Shown here: one piece after another, positions 41,322 to 54,959 of the stretch
Numbering within the stretch: the stretch's first letter is position 1
How the letters are laid out: each line of letters begins with the position of its first letter
Source: Octopus sinensis
Lineage: Eukaryota
DNA length: 64,000 nucleotides
Direction: 5' to 3'
Assembly (NCBI RefSeq): GCF_006345805.1
Contig: NC_042999.1
Coordinates: 41,168,001 to 41,232,000, forward strand
Program-made: the position numbers and the translations under genes
The notes under the pieces: generated by a model
Seen by the model: the letters and a program-made list of their open reading frames with translations, nothing else
What the model was told of the DNA's origin: nothing
Database searches by the model: none

Positions 41322-41648
41322 CACTTGTGTAGGATATCTCTACAGATATCCCACAGAAATTATAACCAACACTGATTTTGGCTACGGCGTTTCGTATCCG
41401 AGACGCCAGATGTAAACAAACAATGAAATCGGAGATGAAAAGTAGGTAATGGGCGTATTTGCTATATTTTGGAAGCTTTTACTCTTTCATCAGCACCTAT
41501 TCAACCCATTAATACCCACGAACATATTTTTACATCTTTGATCTCATTCATTGTTTACGCTTGGCGTCTCAAATACGAAACTTCGTAGCAAAAATAAGTG
41601 TTGGCTATAATTTGTATAGGATATATGTAGCGATAACCTTGACTAGTG
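41322..41648. mobile_element. Foldback/MITE with ~100-bp imperfect TIRs
   Basis: 41322-41426 is roughly 80% (by eye) the reverse complement of 41548-41648; both ends start CACT. Confidence 0.75.
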
Positions 41649-41829
41649 ACTCAAATAGATTATCTGTAAAAACATTTGATATAATTTACAGTGTATGACA
41701 GTTACATAACGAAATGCCGTATCCTTAAAAGTAATTAACTCTTCTCCAAATGTCGCGAATGTCTTTGACGTACACACACATACATCACTATATTGAAAAG
41801 CGTTTCTTCACATCGTTGTCGCTTTCCAA

Positions 41830-42025
41830 TGGTATCACTCCGCTGACTAGGAAGGCAATCCAACATTTCCCCCGAAGAAAAAGCTTATTGGTTTCATGGT
41901 TAAACATTTGAATCTGAGTGGATTGGAGCAACGTGAAAGAAAGTGTTTTGCTCAAGAGTATAACGCACCATGGCTATTTCACAATCGTTGAGCGCAACCC
42001 ATTAACTATTAGGCTGCACGCTTTC
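41830..42025 (-). mobile_element. Diverged family C SINE
   Basis: GAGTGGATTGGAGCAACGTGAAAG..GTGTTTTGCTCAAGA is the reverse complement of the CORE. Confidence 0.65.
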
Positions 42026-42080
42026 ATTCTCACGATACATTAGTGTGCGTGTGTGTGTGTGTGTGTGTGTGTTTGTGCGT

Positions 42081-42320
42081 GTGAAGGCACGGGATTAGTG
42101 GTTAGGGTGTTGAACTCATGATCGTAAGATTCTAGTTTCGATCCCTGGATCCAGCGACGCGTTGTGTTCTTGGGCAAAACATTTCATTTCACGTTGCCCT
42201 AGTCCACTCAGCGGACAAAAATGAGTAATACTGCGTCTAGGTGTGGAATTTATAGGCCATGATACCGGGAAAACGGCCCTTGTAAGTCAGCATGACTCAA
42301 GAAGGTAACTTTACCGCTAC
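42081..42320 (+). mobile_element. Family C CORE-type SINE
   Basis: Aligns with 14251-14450. Confidence 0.85.
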
Positions 42321-43587
42321 TATGTATACCTTTACTATACGTGTATATGTGTGTATGTGTGTGTGTGTGTGATAAATCGCTGCTGCTTATGAAACTTTTT
42401 ATTTATTTTCATTTGCTTAGTTACTTTACTGTACCTATGTCCTCCTATCAACTCTTCTTTCCGTCTATATTTCACTCTTTTTCATTCATATTTCGTTTTT
42501 CGTTTCTTTATTCCTTTGTGTCATTGATTTGCTTCCATATTAAAAAAAAAATGGTTCCTTCTCCGTTAGTTTTGTTTTTTAATTCAATATTACGTATTTT
42601 TGTTATCCATTTCTCTTGCCGACATCGGTGCTGTTGTTACTTGTTATTATTGTCGTATGAAAATGTAAGCAGCCATTGAATATAGTTTTTTTCGTCTTGT
42701 ACTTGCTGTCTCTATCGATATGAAATACATTAAATTGACAATTGATATATATGCATCCAGCGTGTTGCAGCTGCCTGTTGTTGATTTATTCTGCAATGCA
42801 ATTTTTCACTGATATTAACATAATGTTAAGATTTTACTTCATTCAATTCCTCCCTTGTAATCATCATACAAATTTTACGTTTCCTTTAATTCTTATTTCT
42901 TTTTTCTTCATGTTACAATTCTTCATCGGCTATTTATATATTTATGTGTTAAAGCATTGTCCATTCCATTTTGTTTGTGTGTCGCTCTATCTATAAATTC
43001 GTTTTTCAATATGTCTTCCCATCTTGAAAACGACAAAATCGTTTTTGAGAAAGATTTGGATGTTGCTTCTACCAGACTGAGCGGCAACATAGATATGTTC
43101 CTACGTTGATTTACTGTTAAACTCTACATTTATTGGTAGTCTGGGGCTTTGACATTAGTAGTATTACTGATATATGTTGTTGTTGATACAGGAGGGCCTG
43201 TTTTGTCTTTCGAGGACCCCCACCCCCTATCCAAGATGTCCTTAAACACCACGGGAAAGTGCTCTTTCCAGTTCCTTTCTCCAACTTACTGCCATCCATT
43301 CTTGCCATTTTTCCCACTTGCATCCATTTTCAATAAATTCGCTTGGGATAGCCCCTCACTCTCCCCTTGAAAAAGGCGGTCCTCATGACTTTCAGCCTCG
43401 ACCACCCGACAAACTTATTCAGAATAACCAACGGGCAAAGAATGATGGACTTATCTCCCAGTTAAAGGAAAATGTCGTGCATAACGGTTTTGTCATTCTA
43501 CACATGTCTTGGACAAGTCCGCTAAACGTGTTGCCCTGTGAGGCAATGATTGTACCAGCTCGCTGCCTGAAAATAGAAATAATAATA

Positions 43588-43626
<39 letters not shown>

Positions 43627-43634
43627 TAATAGAT

Positions 43635-43845
43635 GGGTTACTTAACCAGAAGAAAATTCTAACTGTGCTCCACCTGCAAGGTCATGTGCTGTTTATCTCG
43701 ATATGAGATCACCATGTCGCGCACATATGGTTGTGTTGCATGTGCCTGGTGTATCCTTATCAGACGGGTAGTCATGATGGGTATACTGGGCTTCATATAT
43801 TTTACCCTAGTGTCACTTTGATGGCACGCACTGCTCTCTCACTTA
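43635..43845 (+). mobile_element. Retroposon 3' end (family E) between (AAT)n arrays
   Basis: Its reverse complement recurs at 55770-55940; (AAT)n tail. Confidence 0.75.
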
Positions 43846-43867
43846 ATAATAATAATGATAACTATGA

Positions 43868-44260
43868 TTTCAAATTTTGGCACAAGGTCAGATATTTTGG
43901 AGGAGGTGTTAAGTCGGTTACATCGACCGCAAAGTTTTCCTGATACTTGTTTTATCGATCCCTAATTGATGAAATACGAAGTAGGCTCCGCCGGAATTTC
44001 AAAACAGAACGTAGAAATGGATGAGATGCCGCTAAGCATCTTTCCGGCATGTTTAATGATGATGATGATGATTTCTACAAAAGGCACAAGGCTTGAAATG
44101 TTCGGTGAGGTGTAAATAGATTATATCGACCCCAGGACTCAACTGGTACTTAATTTATCAACCCCGAAAGGATGAAAGGCGAAGTTGACCTCAGCAAAAT
44201 TTGAACTCAGACGGTAGAAATGGACGAAATGCCGGTAAGAATCTTGCCGGCGTGCTTAAA
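43868..44260 (-). mobile_element. Two co-oriented SINE family B copies
   Basis: Both start TTGGCACAAGG/AAGGCACAAGG on the + strand and carry the core. Confidence 0.8.
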
Positions 44261-44267
44261 ATAGTGG

Positions 44268-44432
44268 TAATAATAATAATAATAATAATAATTTATAATA
44301 ATAATAATAATAATAATAATAATTTATAATAATAATAATAATAATTTATAATAATAATAATAATAATAATAATAATTTATAATAATAATAATAATGGTGG
44401 TGGTGGTGGTGGGTTGTTGTTGTTGTTGTTGT
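44268..44432. repeat. (AAT)n with periodic TTT interruptions, then (TGG)n(TTG)n
   Basis: Directly visible. Confidence 0.95.
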
Positions 44433-44957
44433 TTCAAACTTTGGCACAAAACCAATGATTCGAAGGAGAAATAGTTAATTGATTTCATCGAGCCCAGTAC
44501 CTGAGAAGTACTTGATTTCATCACCTTCAGTATTCAATAAGTACAGCAAACATTTTTATGCTGTCTAAGACTGACTATTTGGTAAGATTTTAAATATATG
44601 ACATAATTTAACATAGTCCAATATTAATCCGTTTGTGAATAAATACTAGGCTTTTTCTATAGAATCCGAATTATATCGAGCTACAAATTTTAAATAGTCT
44701 TTTATGAATTTTATCATTTTGCCGCAGATGGAAGCTCGAAATATGATGTCTTTCACCTAATGAACTAATAATGGATTAAAAGATTTTAGAATCTTAAAAA
44801 AAAACTTATGGTTGTATTTTCTTGTGTTATCTCTACTGAGTGTTTGGGGATTTGTATATCATCTGTATTGTTATTTTTGAACATGCAAAAATATATATAC
44901 ACCATACATACACTGACGCGCACACACTCAGAAACTGACGCACGCCCACACACATAT

Positions 44958-44960
44958 AGG

Positions 44961-45042
<82 letters not shown>

Positions 45043-45050
45043 CATAGATA
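44958..45050. repeat. (GATA)n microsatellite
   Basis: Directly visible. Confidence 0.97.
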
Positions 45051-45921
45051 TGATTATATATACCTTTTTTACGTTTATATATTTGTTTTGCAAGATGCTT
45101 GATGTGAAATCGTGTGTTGAAACAGATATTGTTGTATTTAGGGATGGTCATGATGCCAGTTTAGCCAATATATATATATATGCAACATACACTAGCATAT
45201 GTACACTCACAGATGTGCTGGCACATGCACACTAGAAAGAAAGAGAGAGAGAGAGATTTGTTTTACCGGTGGTGATCTTTTACTAGTCTGTGAAATCTAT
45301 TTTACACGGTTATAATTTTACTACATTCATCCGTTTTACTTCAATATTATGTAATTCATCCATTATATTTGTGGAATTCATTTATTTTATGATTTCCCAG
45401 TTATTTAAATAATAACATTAAAATGAGAAACATCAGATAGAATCTTTCTTTTCAATTTCAGCTATCCATTAAGCTATTCGTTGTTTATGGATGCAGATTC
45501 TAAGCATTGAAGCATTTGCTTTTGAACAAGCAATATCGATAATGATGAAATTATAGTGAATACTATCTAGTGTACATGTTTTGCAGTTTACTGTATGCCT
45601 TATCGTCAGACGGACAGATGAATTATATTATGTGCGAGACATATGCACCTAAGTCTCGGATACACATTCGACTCGTTTCGAAGTCAATTGCATAATTTGA
45701 AAAATGGTTGTTTTACTTGTAAATCCTAATTTAATGATTTAGCAACGACTGAAATTGATACGGAAAAGAAACAGAAAATTTTTAAAACCAGTCAAAGCAT
45801 TACTATGATTGATACATGTTATAGTACACAATAGTTTTAATGAATGTAAAACAAAGTTGAATTGGGGATTTAATGAAAATAATATAAAATAATAATAGGA
45901 ACGTTTAAGAATGTGAAACCA

Positions 45922-46360
45922 CCGGTGTAGCTGTGTGGTAAGAAGCGTGCTTTTTAAGCACGTGACTGCAGGTTCAGTTCCCTTACGTGTCACCTTGGGC
46001 AAGTATCTTCTACTGTAGCCCCGGGCCAACCGAGGCTTAGTGAGTGGACTTGGTCGAAGAAAACAGAAAGAAGTCCAACACATATGTAATTGTATGTACG
46101 TATGTATGTATGTATGTATGTATGTATGTATGTATGTATGTATGTATGTATGTATGTATGTGTGTGTGTGTGTGTTTAGCCCTCGCCTCTACTTTACAAC
46201 CAGTGTTGGTTTGGTTACCTCTTTGTAACTTACCGGTACAGCAAAAGAGACCGATAGAATTCATGCCAGGATTAAAACACAAAGTACTGGGGTCGATTTG
46301 TTCGATTAAACCCCTTCAAGGCGGTATGACCGCAGTCAAATGACTGAACCAGGTGGAGAA
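45922..46360 (+). mobile_element. SINE family A with (TATG)n linker
   Basis: Head GCTGTGTGGTAAG, B-box GGTTCAGTTCC, CORE, 3' half. Confidence 0.88.
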
Positions 46361-46839
46361 GAAAAAGAGACCATTATTACATTCAACTTTCAATTATAAT
46401 AAGTAACTTAAATATATTTGTGTATAGCAATACTTGAAAATACATATGCAATTAGGCGAAAAGAAAACGTTGCTTCCAGTGATTTTTGAGATCCAGATCA
46501 GATTTGACTGCAGTATTTATTTCCTATCTACATATAGGACTACATTTATGAGGGCATACGTATATATAACTTCTAACTAATATAAAATCCTTTCTACTAA
46601 TATGAATTAATGTTGCTCTCACTAGGAAACAAATGCATTTGGGGCAGGGGCTCTCTTTCGTAACACATAATTCCTGATGTGTTTTACTTTCCATAAAGTA
46701 AAACCATAGGAAATTGAAAGCAACCTGTTGTGTGTGTGTGTGTCTCCGACCACCACTTGACAACCAGTTGTTGATATGTTCATTTTCTCATAACATAGCA
46801 GATCAGCAAAAGAATCCAACAGAATAAGTACCAGTCTTT

Positions 46840-47689
46840 CATGGGAGCCAGTCAAGTGGCACTGGCAATGACCATGTTCAAATGGTGCTTTTTACGTGTC
46901 ACTAGCATGGGAACCAGTCAGGTGGCACTGGCAACGACCATGCTCGAATGGTGCATTTTATGTGCAACCGGCATGGGATTCAGTCTGGCGGCACTGGCAT
47001 CGGCCACGGCAATGATTTCACTTGACTCAACAGGTCTTCTCAAGCACAGTTTATTGCCCAATGATTGAAGGGTGCTCTTAAATGGACTGGTTATGCTACA
47101 CTGGCATTGCTGGGTCTTCTCAAGCACAGCATATCTCCAAAGGTCTCGGTTGCTCATCATCGCCTCCGTGAGGCCCAATGTTTGAAGATTGTGCTTCACC
47201 ACCTCATCCCAGGTCTTCCTAGGTCTGCCTCTTCTACAGCTTTCCTCCACTGCTAGGGTGTGACACTTTTTCACACTGCTGTCCTCATCCATATGCAGCA
47301 CATAACCATACCAGTGCAGTCGTCTCTCTTGCACACCACATCTGATGCTTCTTACGTCCAACTTTTTTCTCGGTGCGCTTACACTCTGTCGTGTATGCAC
47401 ACTGACATTACACATCCAGTGGAGCATACTAGCTTCATTTCTTGCAAGCTTGTACATGTCCTCAGCAGTTACTGTCCATGTTTCACTGCTGTCTAGCATG
47501 GCTGTTTGCACACATGCGTCATACAATCTACTTTTCACTCTGAGCAAGAGACCCTTTGTTACCTGCAGAGGTAGGAGCTCTCTGAATTTTGCCCTAGCTA
47601 TTCTTATTCTAGCAGCTACACTCTCAGAGCAACCACCCCTGCTACTGTATTGGTCTCCTAGGTAATGGAAGCTATCAACTACTTCTGTG
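46840..47689 (-). mobile_element. 5'-truncated RTE-clade LINE (RT C-terminus, ORF2 end, part of 3' UTR)
   Basis: VVDSFHYLGD...RAKFRELLP; RLYDACV..ML..SETW; RRLHWYGYVLHMD; GRPRKTWDEVV; ~60-bp tandem repeats in the UTR. Confidence 0.92.
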
Positions 47690-47784
47690 AAACCATAGGA
47701 ATTAACGTCAACAAAACAAAATATACGTTGATTAACGAATGACTGTTTATGACTTATGAATAGTATGGTTATAATTTGGTAGTG

Positions 47785-47819
<35 letters not shown>

Positions 47820-47866
47820 TTGTTTCTTATCACATACACACTTATATGCACACACACAAACACACA

Positions 47867-47909
<43 letters not shown>

Positions 47910-50754
47910 AAAGTCGAAACAATTTGATTCTTCTCAGTACTCCAAATTACACGTTCGCCATTACTAATTCGACTTGGTATGCAAATGAAGACTAGACTTT
48001 ATTGTATATTTGTGGTAATGGCTACGTGGTTTTGAAGTTAAATGATTGAGGCAAAGTTTGTATTTCTTGCTATGAATAGCATATATTTTGGGAAACTTTA
48101 ATGATAACATTCTGCGGACACGTGGTTGTATAGGTGTTAGAAGGAAAACAAAAAGATAGTATGACATTAGCGTATTGTGGAAAGTATGTGAAATGAAGCA
48201 ATTCAAATTGAAAATCGAAATTTACTACGGCTCTGCAATACTTTTCCATAAAAAAAAAATAAGTTGTTTTAGTATTTTCTTTACACATGCGTACATCTTC
48301 AGAATTTTTAAGAGGAAGAAAATTGGAAATGACTATATTCAAGAAATAAAATATATTTGCGATTTAGTAAATGATAAATGTTGAGCTGGTTTTTTTTACT
48401 TTTCAAACTTATATCAATATACCTTGAGGAAGCGATGCTGCGTGCCACGGGAAAGGAAAGAAAGCAATAGGAATAGAAGAAAAGAGGGATGGGGGTTAGA
48501 GAGAGCCACGAAGAGGAAATCGAGCGCCTATATTTATGTGTGGTGTATATCATACGACCATGAATTTCAGCAAAAATAATTTCTATAATGTCTATCTTTT
48601 ACAAACTCTAAAATAGCCAGACTCAAATTATACCTACTAAAGTAATGCTAAGAAAGAACTTGGATAATGAAATGTTGGTACACTTGAACCATTATGTACT
48701 TAGTATATCGATTATTCTAATATGGGTCTTTTGTTTATGTCGTAACTCTCTCCAAGACACTTTCCCCGCGGTAAAGTGGCTTGTTGTGATAAGAAGAAAG
48801 TGTGGACAAATAGTGAAAAAGTAACGAAGACACGACTAAAATATATTTAGAGTCTAACACGGTGGGTGCCAAACTTTCTCAAGCTGCTGACCCCTTGGCA
48901 CTTACGCCATTTTCCAAGCGTTACATACCACTCACCTTCACAAACACAGACCACTTTCTGCAGAAAATTCAAAGCAACTATTTCACAAATTAAACATAAC
49001 CTAACTAACCTACTATTTTGTCGCTTTTACATCCATCGCCACCCTATTATCCTCCACATTTCTTCAACGCCCCCCATCACCACCACCTGGAATTTTGCAC
49101 TCGTCACCTTGGGAACTAATGGCCTAACCCATGCAGGAAATAAGCAAGAATGCTTATCTGATCGCAGTACTTTGATGAACAATAGCGACATCTGCTATTT
49201 CTGTTCTATAATATTTTTGTAAATGCTATCAAAATATTCGTTACTTGCCTAACATTTGGATGTTTAACCTTAATTATTCATATATCTTGCTTAACAGAAA
49301 ACAATTCCTTCCAAAGTGTGGAATTTATTGACTATATATATATGTGGCGTTTAATGTAGTGTTCGTACTTGACCGTGCAACTGTGTGTTTTTGAGTTTGT
49401 ACATAATTAAGTGTACGTTCGTGCGGGGCGTCTACTACTATAGTATAATATATATGTAGTATATATGTAGTATATATATATATATATGAATGGATTATTG
49501 TATGTTACGTTACCTTGAAAATTGTTGCGTAAGGCGTTTGGTGGTATGCCCTAAATACAGAAATTTAAAGTAATATTTTACTTTTGTTTTCTTTTTTTAA
49601 TTTTCTTTCTGCCGGCTTCAGCTAACAAGTTTTTAATAAATTTTTCAATGCATTTATTTTTCTAACTATGTATCTACCTACCTACCTACCTACCTACCTA
49701 TCAGTTTATCTATCTTTGTAACTACCGATCTATCTATGTATCATCAAATGTGAATTCGAAGCAGATCAAGGTATACAGGCAATATTGTGTGTGTGTGTAT
49801 AAATATAAACACAGTTTATCTGTTTGTGTATTAAAGAAATTCAGATCATTCTCAAATAGACCGTTATAATTATTGTCAATGAATTAAGTATAAAGTGCTA
49901 ACATAGACTCTGATATTTCAACATGAACTTAGAAAGCAAGGTAGAACACCAAGTTAAATAGAATTATAGTCTGACATTATCTCTGTCTCCAGCCATGGTA
50001 TGATATAAAATTCCTTAGACTTCTATTCAACGATTTCATTGTTATTGGGACACATTTTCAGCTACATTGCATGAAGTCTCCAGCCGTAATTTCTCTTTAC
50101 TCTGCACCTCTCTTCTCTGTGCTATCTTACTGCGTTTTTGCTGTGAAATAGGAGTCTTCTATTTGCCTCATTATTCTCTTTCTTTTTTTCATCTTTCCTT
50201 CTTTCTTGTTCCTCTTCTCGTTTTCCATCCCTCCTCACTGTATTTGTCTCCTACTCTCTTGTTCTCTCAAAGCAGCAATGGTTATCTTTCTTTATCGCCC
50301 TGTCTTTCTCTCCATATAATACTCCAGCCGTCAACTTCACGTTATACATTACAATACAAACAATGAGAGAAGCGGGACATCGCATATACAACAGGTATTT
50401 AATATTTTAAATAAATAGAAAATAAACTGTCTGGCTATAGTACTTTTATTCAATCTTTTGACGGTACTTATACGGCTTTGTTTATTCATTATATTACAAC
50501 ACATACGACTAAACCGTCAACTTATTTCTAAATATCTTTGGATGCAAGACTAATTAGAAATTTTGTGTGACAAGATTTGTATGCAGAAGTGACATTATAG
50601 CTGGGCGACAGAATTATTATCTCAGATTCATAATAATTTCTTTTGGTTTATTAAATTTTTCCTTGGTATGCAGAAGTGATTTTCCTGCTGTACTATAAAT
50701 ATATAACACTCAATATACATTGTAAATTCTGTTCTATTGATTTAGTTATTCTAC

Positions 50755-50757
50755 TCA

Positions 50758-50827
<70 letters not shown>

Positions 50828-50940
50828 ATAGCTATCTATCTATCTACCTATATAGCTATCTATCTACCTACCTATATAGCTATCTATCGCTCTACCTATG
50901 TAGCCATCTATCTATGTATACATCCATCAATCCATCCCTC
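50755..50940. repeat. (TCTA)n array
   Basis: Directly visible. Confidence 0.95.
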
Positions 50941-50956
50941 CATATATATATATATA

Positions 50957-51113
50957 TTTGAGTAGTTGAATGAATTATCTCATTAAGGATAATTCGAAAG
51001 ATAACCGATACCTGGGTAGCAAATTCCTTCGTAATTAGGAATATGCAGCCTTCGAATCATATGTCGAGAATAAAGGATATTTGTTAACTAGTCGTTCAAC
51101 TCCATTCTTTCAT
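50957..51113 (+). mobile_element. Internally deleted relative of the hammerhead element at 21.7 kb
   Basis: Same ends (TTTGAGTAG...; GTCGTTCAACTCCATTCTTTCAT) and TA flanks; lacks ~154 bp; GAAAC changed to GAATC. Confidence 0.85.
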
Positions 51114-51123
51114 ATACTTATAA

Positions 51124-51191
<68 letters not shown>

Positions 51192-51352
51192 ATATATGTA
51201 GATATATATAAAATATATACATACATATTTCTAGAAATGCTGTTCTAAAACCCTCGAATAAGTCCAGGGGTCGATTTGTTCGACTAAAGGTGGTACCCGA
51301 GCATGACCACAGTCAAATGAGTGAAACAAGTAAAATAATAAAATAATATATA

Positions 51353-51552
51353 TACATGGGGTTGCTGAAAGTCTGGGTTAATTTTGATCTTATTATTCAA
51401 TATATCAACATATTCTTCTCTCAGATTTACAAAACCTATTGCAGTTGTTCTTCACATTTTCTTATAAGCCTTGTAAAAGAACTCGGAAGATCGGGCCTCC
51501 GACCACGCCTTTCGCGATGCGCTGGAAGCTAAGGAACTTTTCACTATCCCCT

Positions 51553-51556
<4 letters not shown>
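51353..51556 (-). mobile_element. Mariner-derived MITE
   Basis: Degenerate TIRs (TACATGGGGGTTGCTGAAAG / GGAACTTTTCACTATCCCC); the minus strand keeps a frameshifted EFFY..L....CN.FVNLREEYV, like mariner transposase C-termini. Confidence 0.65.
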
Positions 51557-51621
<65 letters not shown>

Positions 51622-52017
51622 ATAAAGCCATGTGCCAGGTTGTATCCGTTTGTTCTCATGTTTCACATCCCTGTATACTTTTGATTTCATTTACAAAATA
51701 AGGCTACTCTTGCTAATGTATTCTCGACACCTGCGTATTAAATGTAATGTTTTATTTCGCTTACATGTTGACACTGATTACTGTCACTATCTCACACACA
51801 CATTAATTTATTGTAGTGATGTATCTAGATTTGTATGTAACGTTCATCATTCACAGAGGCAACCATAACAGGGGACTTAGTCAAGGGCCAAATAAATATA
51901 TATACATGCATATATATCCATATTTATCTATCCATCTTTCTATCTATCTATCTATTTATCTATCTTTCTATCTAACTATCAATATATATATATAAATAGA
52001 TATATATATATACTTGG

Positions 52018-52076
<59 letters not shown>

Positions 52077-52127
52077 AGTAGATATAGATATATTATCTGT
52101 CTATCTCTCTCTCTCTCTCTCTCTCTA

Positions 52128-52165
<38 letters not shown>

Positions 52166-52591
52166 ATGAAAATGTTTTACTGAATAAAATGACCCCTGTT
52201 ACAAACATACTTCTGTCCTGAGCACTGGATGACAAGGTTCAGCATTACTTTAAAAGCTTATCATCAGATACTACAATTATTCTAGTTAAACAAGGCCTCT
52301 GTTTATGTTACTGAGTGAAACTATGTTGAAAAGTTAAGTTATCTATTCATTGGTAAAACGTTGAATGTAGAATGGCGTCTTTATCTTTTGAAAAATTTAG
52401 ATAGATAGGAGAAGATGCTTTTAGCGAACGCCTGTGTGGTCGTGGGGTGATTTTGAATATTGGACCCCTTGTCTGATAAACTACAGGCATACCATCAACC
52501 TCTTTCATGGTAAATAATATATAATCCTAATCACACACATGCTCCTATGCATATGCGTTGCGCGCGCGCGCGTGTGTGTGTGTGTGTGTAA

Positions 52592-52760
52592 GCGCAGGAG
52601 CTGCTGTGTGGTAAGGAGCTTGCTTCGCAACGACATGGTTCCGGTTTCACTTCCACTGCATGGGACCTTGGGCAAGTGGAGCCTGTAGCCACGAATTGAC
52701 CAAAGCCTTCAGAATAGATCTGGTTGACAGAAGCCTTCTATATGTATGTGTTTGTGCGTT
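52592..52760 (+). mobile_element. SINE family A 5' half
   Basis: GCGCAGGAGCTGCTGTGTGGTAAG...CCTTGGGCAAGTG. Confidence 0.8.
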
Positions 52761-53504
52761 TGTGTGTAGGAGAGAGAGACAGAGAGGGAGAGGGAGAGAG
52801 GATATGTATCTCATATATATATGTCGGCTGTCTATCTACTCTTCATTTTGAGTATAGAACTACAATATGAGTGTTCAAAGACAGATACTCCCATAAGTAC
52901 CAAATTAAAATTTGATATATTTATGGTGGGTCAATGTGGGTAACAGAATCAAGTCAGCGGAGAAATACAAGGAAAGCGAACGAAAACAAACATGGTGGGA
53001 CGTTAACCCAGAACAAGGGTAAAATATCGAAAGCTGGAAGAATATTTTCACTAAGAAGAGAAAAGATAGGTTAGAGAGATAGATACGTCTAGTTCTTAGG
53101 ACGGTCCCGAAAGAAGCGAACGACGATCAAGTGAGGAAAAGAAAGATGGAAGATGGTCGCGTGTGAGATACGAGAGACAGAAAATAAGAAAGAAAGTGAG
53201 TGAGAGAGACAGACAAAAAAACGGTGAAGGGGGGGAAAAAGTGAATTAGAGAATAGGTCGTGAGTGAAAGCGATGTGTGAGAAAAGAGTATAGGACAGGG
53301 TCGCATCAAAATGATAAAGACGAACTTAATTGGGGATGATGCGTCGCGTTCAATCAAATGAGGAGTAGATGGCCGACAACTAATGAAGGGTTGTTCTCGG
53401 TGTTACTTGTGTTTTCCATTTGTTTCTCTCGTTATTTGTGAATTGAACTCATTTATTTTCGCATTTCAAGTCGTTTACTGTTAGTAAAATCTTGTACCCA
53501 TATA

Positions 53505-53524
53505 TGCATTTATATATATATAAC

Positions 53525-53575
<51 letters not shown>

Positions 53576-53645
53576 ATATATATATATGTATACATATATA
53601 TATACATATAATAATTTATAGTTCTATATATATAATAGTTATATT

Positions 53646-53677
<32 letters not shown>

Positions 53678-54047
53678 CACATATAATTTATAGTTCTATA
53701 TATATAATAGTTATATATATATATATATATATGTGTATATTAATATAAGTATATATACATGTGCACACAACACAGGCATGCACACATTACACAGAGAGAA
53801 AGACAGAGATAGTGCTATGACAAAATGGTGAGAGAGAAAATGAGAGAAGGCTTCGAATGTCCCGTCCGTGTTTTTTGTATCGTCTCCTAAATGTTTTGCG
53901 TTCTTGTCCCAGTTTGTATTTATATATATATATATATATTCGTGTGTGTGTGTGTGTGTGTATACATATATATATACACATATAAATATACATAAATATA
54001 TACATATATATATATACATATATATATACATATATATATAACATACA

Positions 54048-54106
<59 letters not shown>

Positions 54107-54170
54107 GTATATATATGTATATATAAAATATATATATATGTATGTATGTATATATATATATGTATGTATT

Positions 54171-54206
<36 letters not shown>

Positions 54207-54278
54207 ATATATATATATATGTATGTATTTATATATATATATATGTATGTATGTATATATATATACATATAAATGTGT

Positions 54279-54312
<34 letters not shown>

Positions 54313-54565
54313 ATATAAATGTGTATATATATATGTATATATATATGTATATATGTATATATATATGTATATAAGTATATATATATGTGTGTATATATGT
54401 ATATATATATGTATATATATATATATGTATATACGTATATATATATTTATATATATATATATATATAAAATATATATATATGTATATACGTATATATATA
54501 TATTTATATATATATGTATATATAAAATATATATATATATATACGTATATATGTATGTATTTATA
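53505..54565. repeat. Long (TA)/(TATG) mosaic with a unique cassette at 53760-53920
   Basis: Directly visible. Confidence 0.92.
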
Positions 54566-54959
54566 TTGCATAGAAATATTTTGGTAACTCATTAAACGAA
54601 TGCAATAAAATAATAATGATTATGCCACATTAATCTTTCTATAAATCATTCATCAAAAGACACTGTAAAATATAATATATAAGAAAATCTATACGAGATA
54701 AACAGTTAGTTGCTAGTTAAATGCATCGATAATGAAGATAAAGTACTCTGCCAACGTTATCATTATGTAACTCGAATTTTTGAAGTGACTCTTGTGAATC
54801 TTCTCTCTCCCTTCATCTGAAGAATTTATATACTGTATAATGATGGTATTTTATTTAATGAGCTTTCGCATATGTATTTTAAACCCAATAGGAGTCTCTC
54901 GATGCTTTTGTGTAAGTGTGTGTGTGTGTACAGTATTTGCATTCTTTTGCGACAGCACA

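Noticed and set aside
41389-41493. CTGATGA and GAAAC-GCC-GTA inside the foldback element
   Set aside because: Stem II cannot form (A opposite C at 10.1/11.1).
43140-43500. GC-richer block with short ORFs on both strands
   Set aside because: No frame gave a recognisable domain; probably an old repeat.
45603-45679. Minus-strand GAAAC-GA-GTC ... CTGACGA
   Set aside because: No stem I or II pairing adjacent to the core; likely chance.
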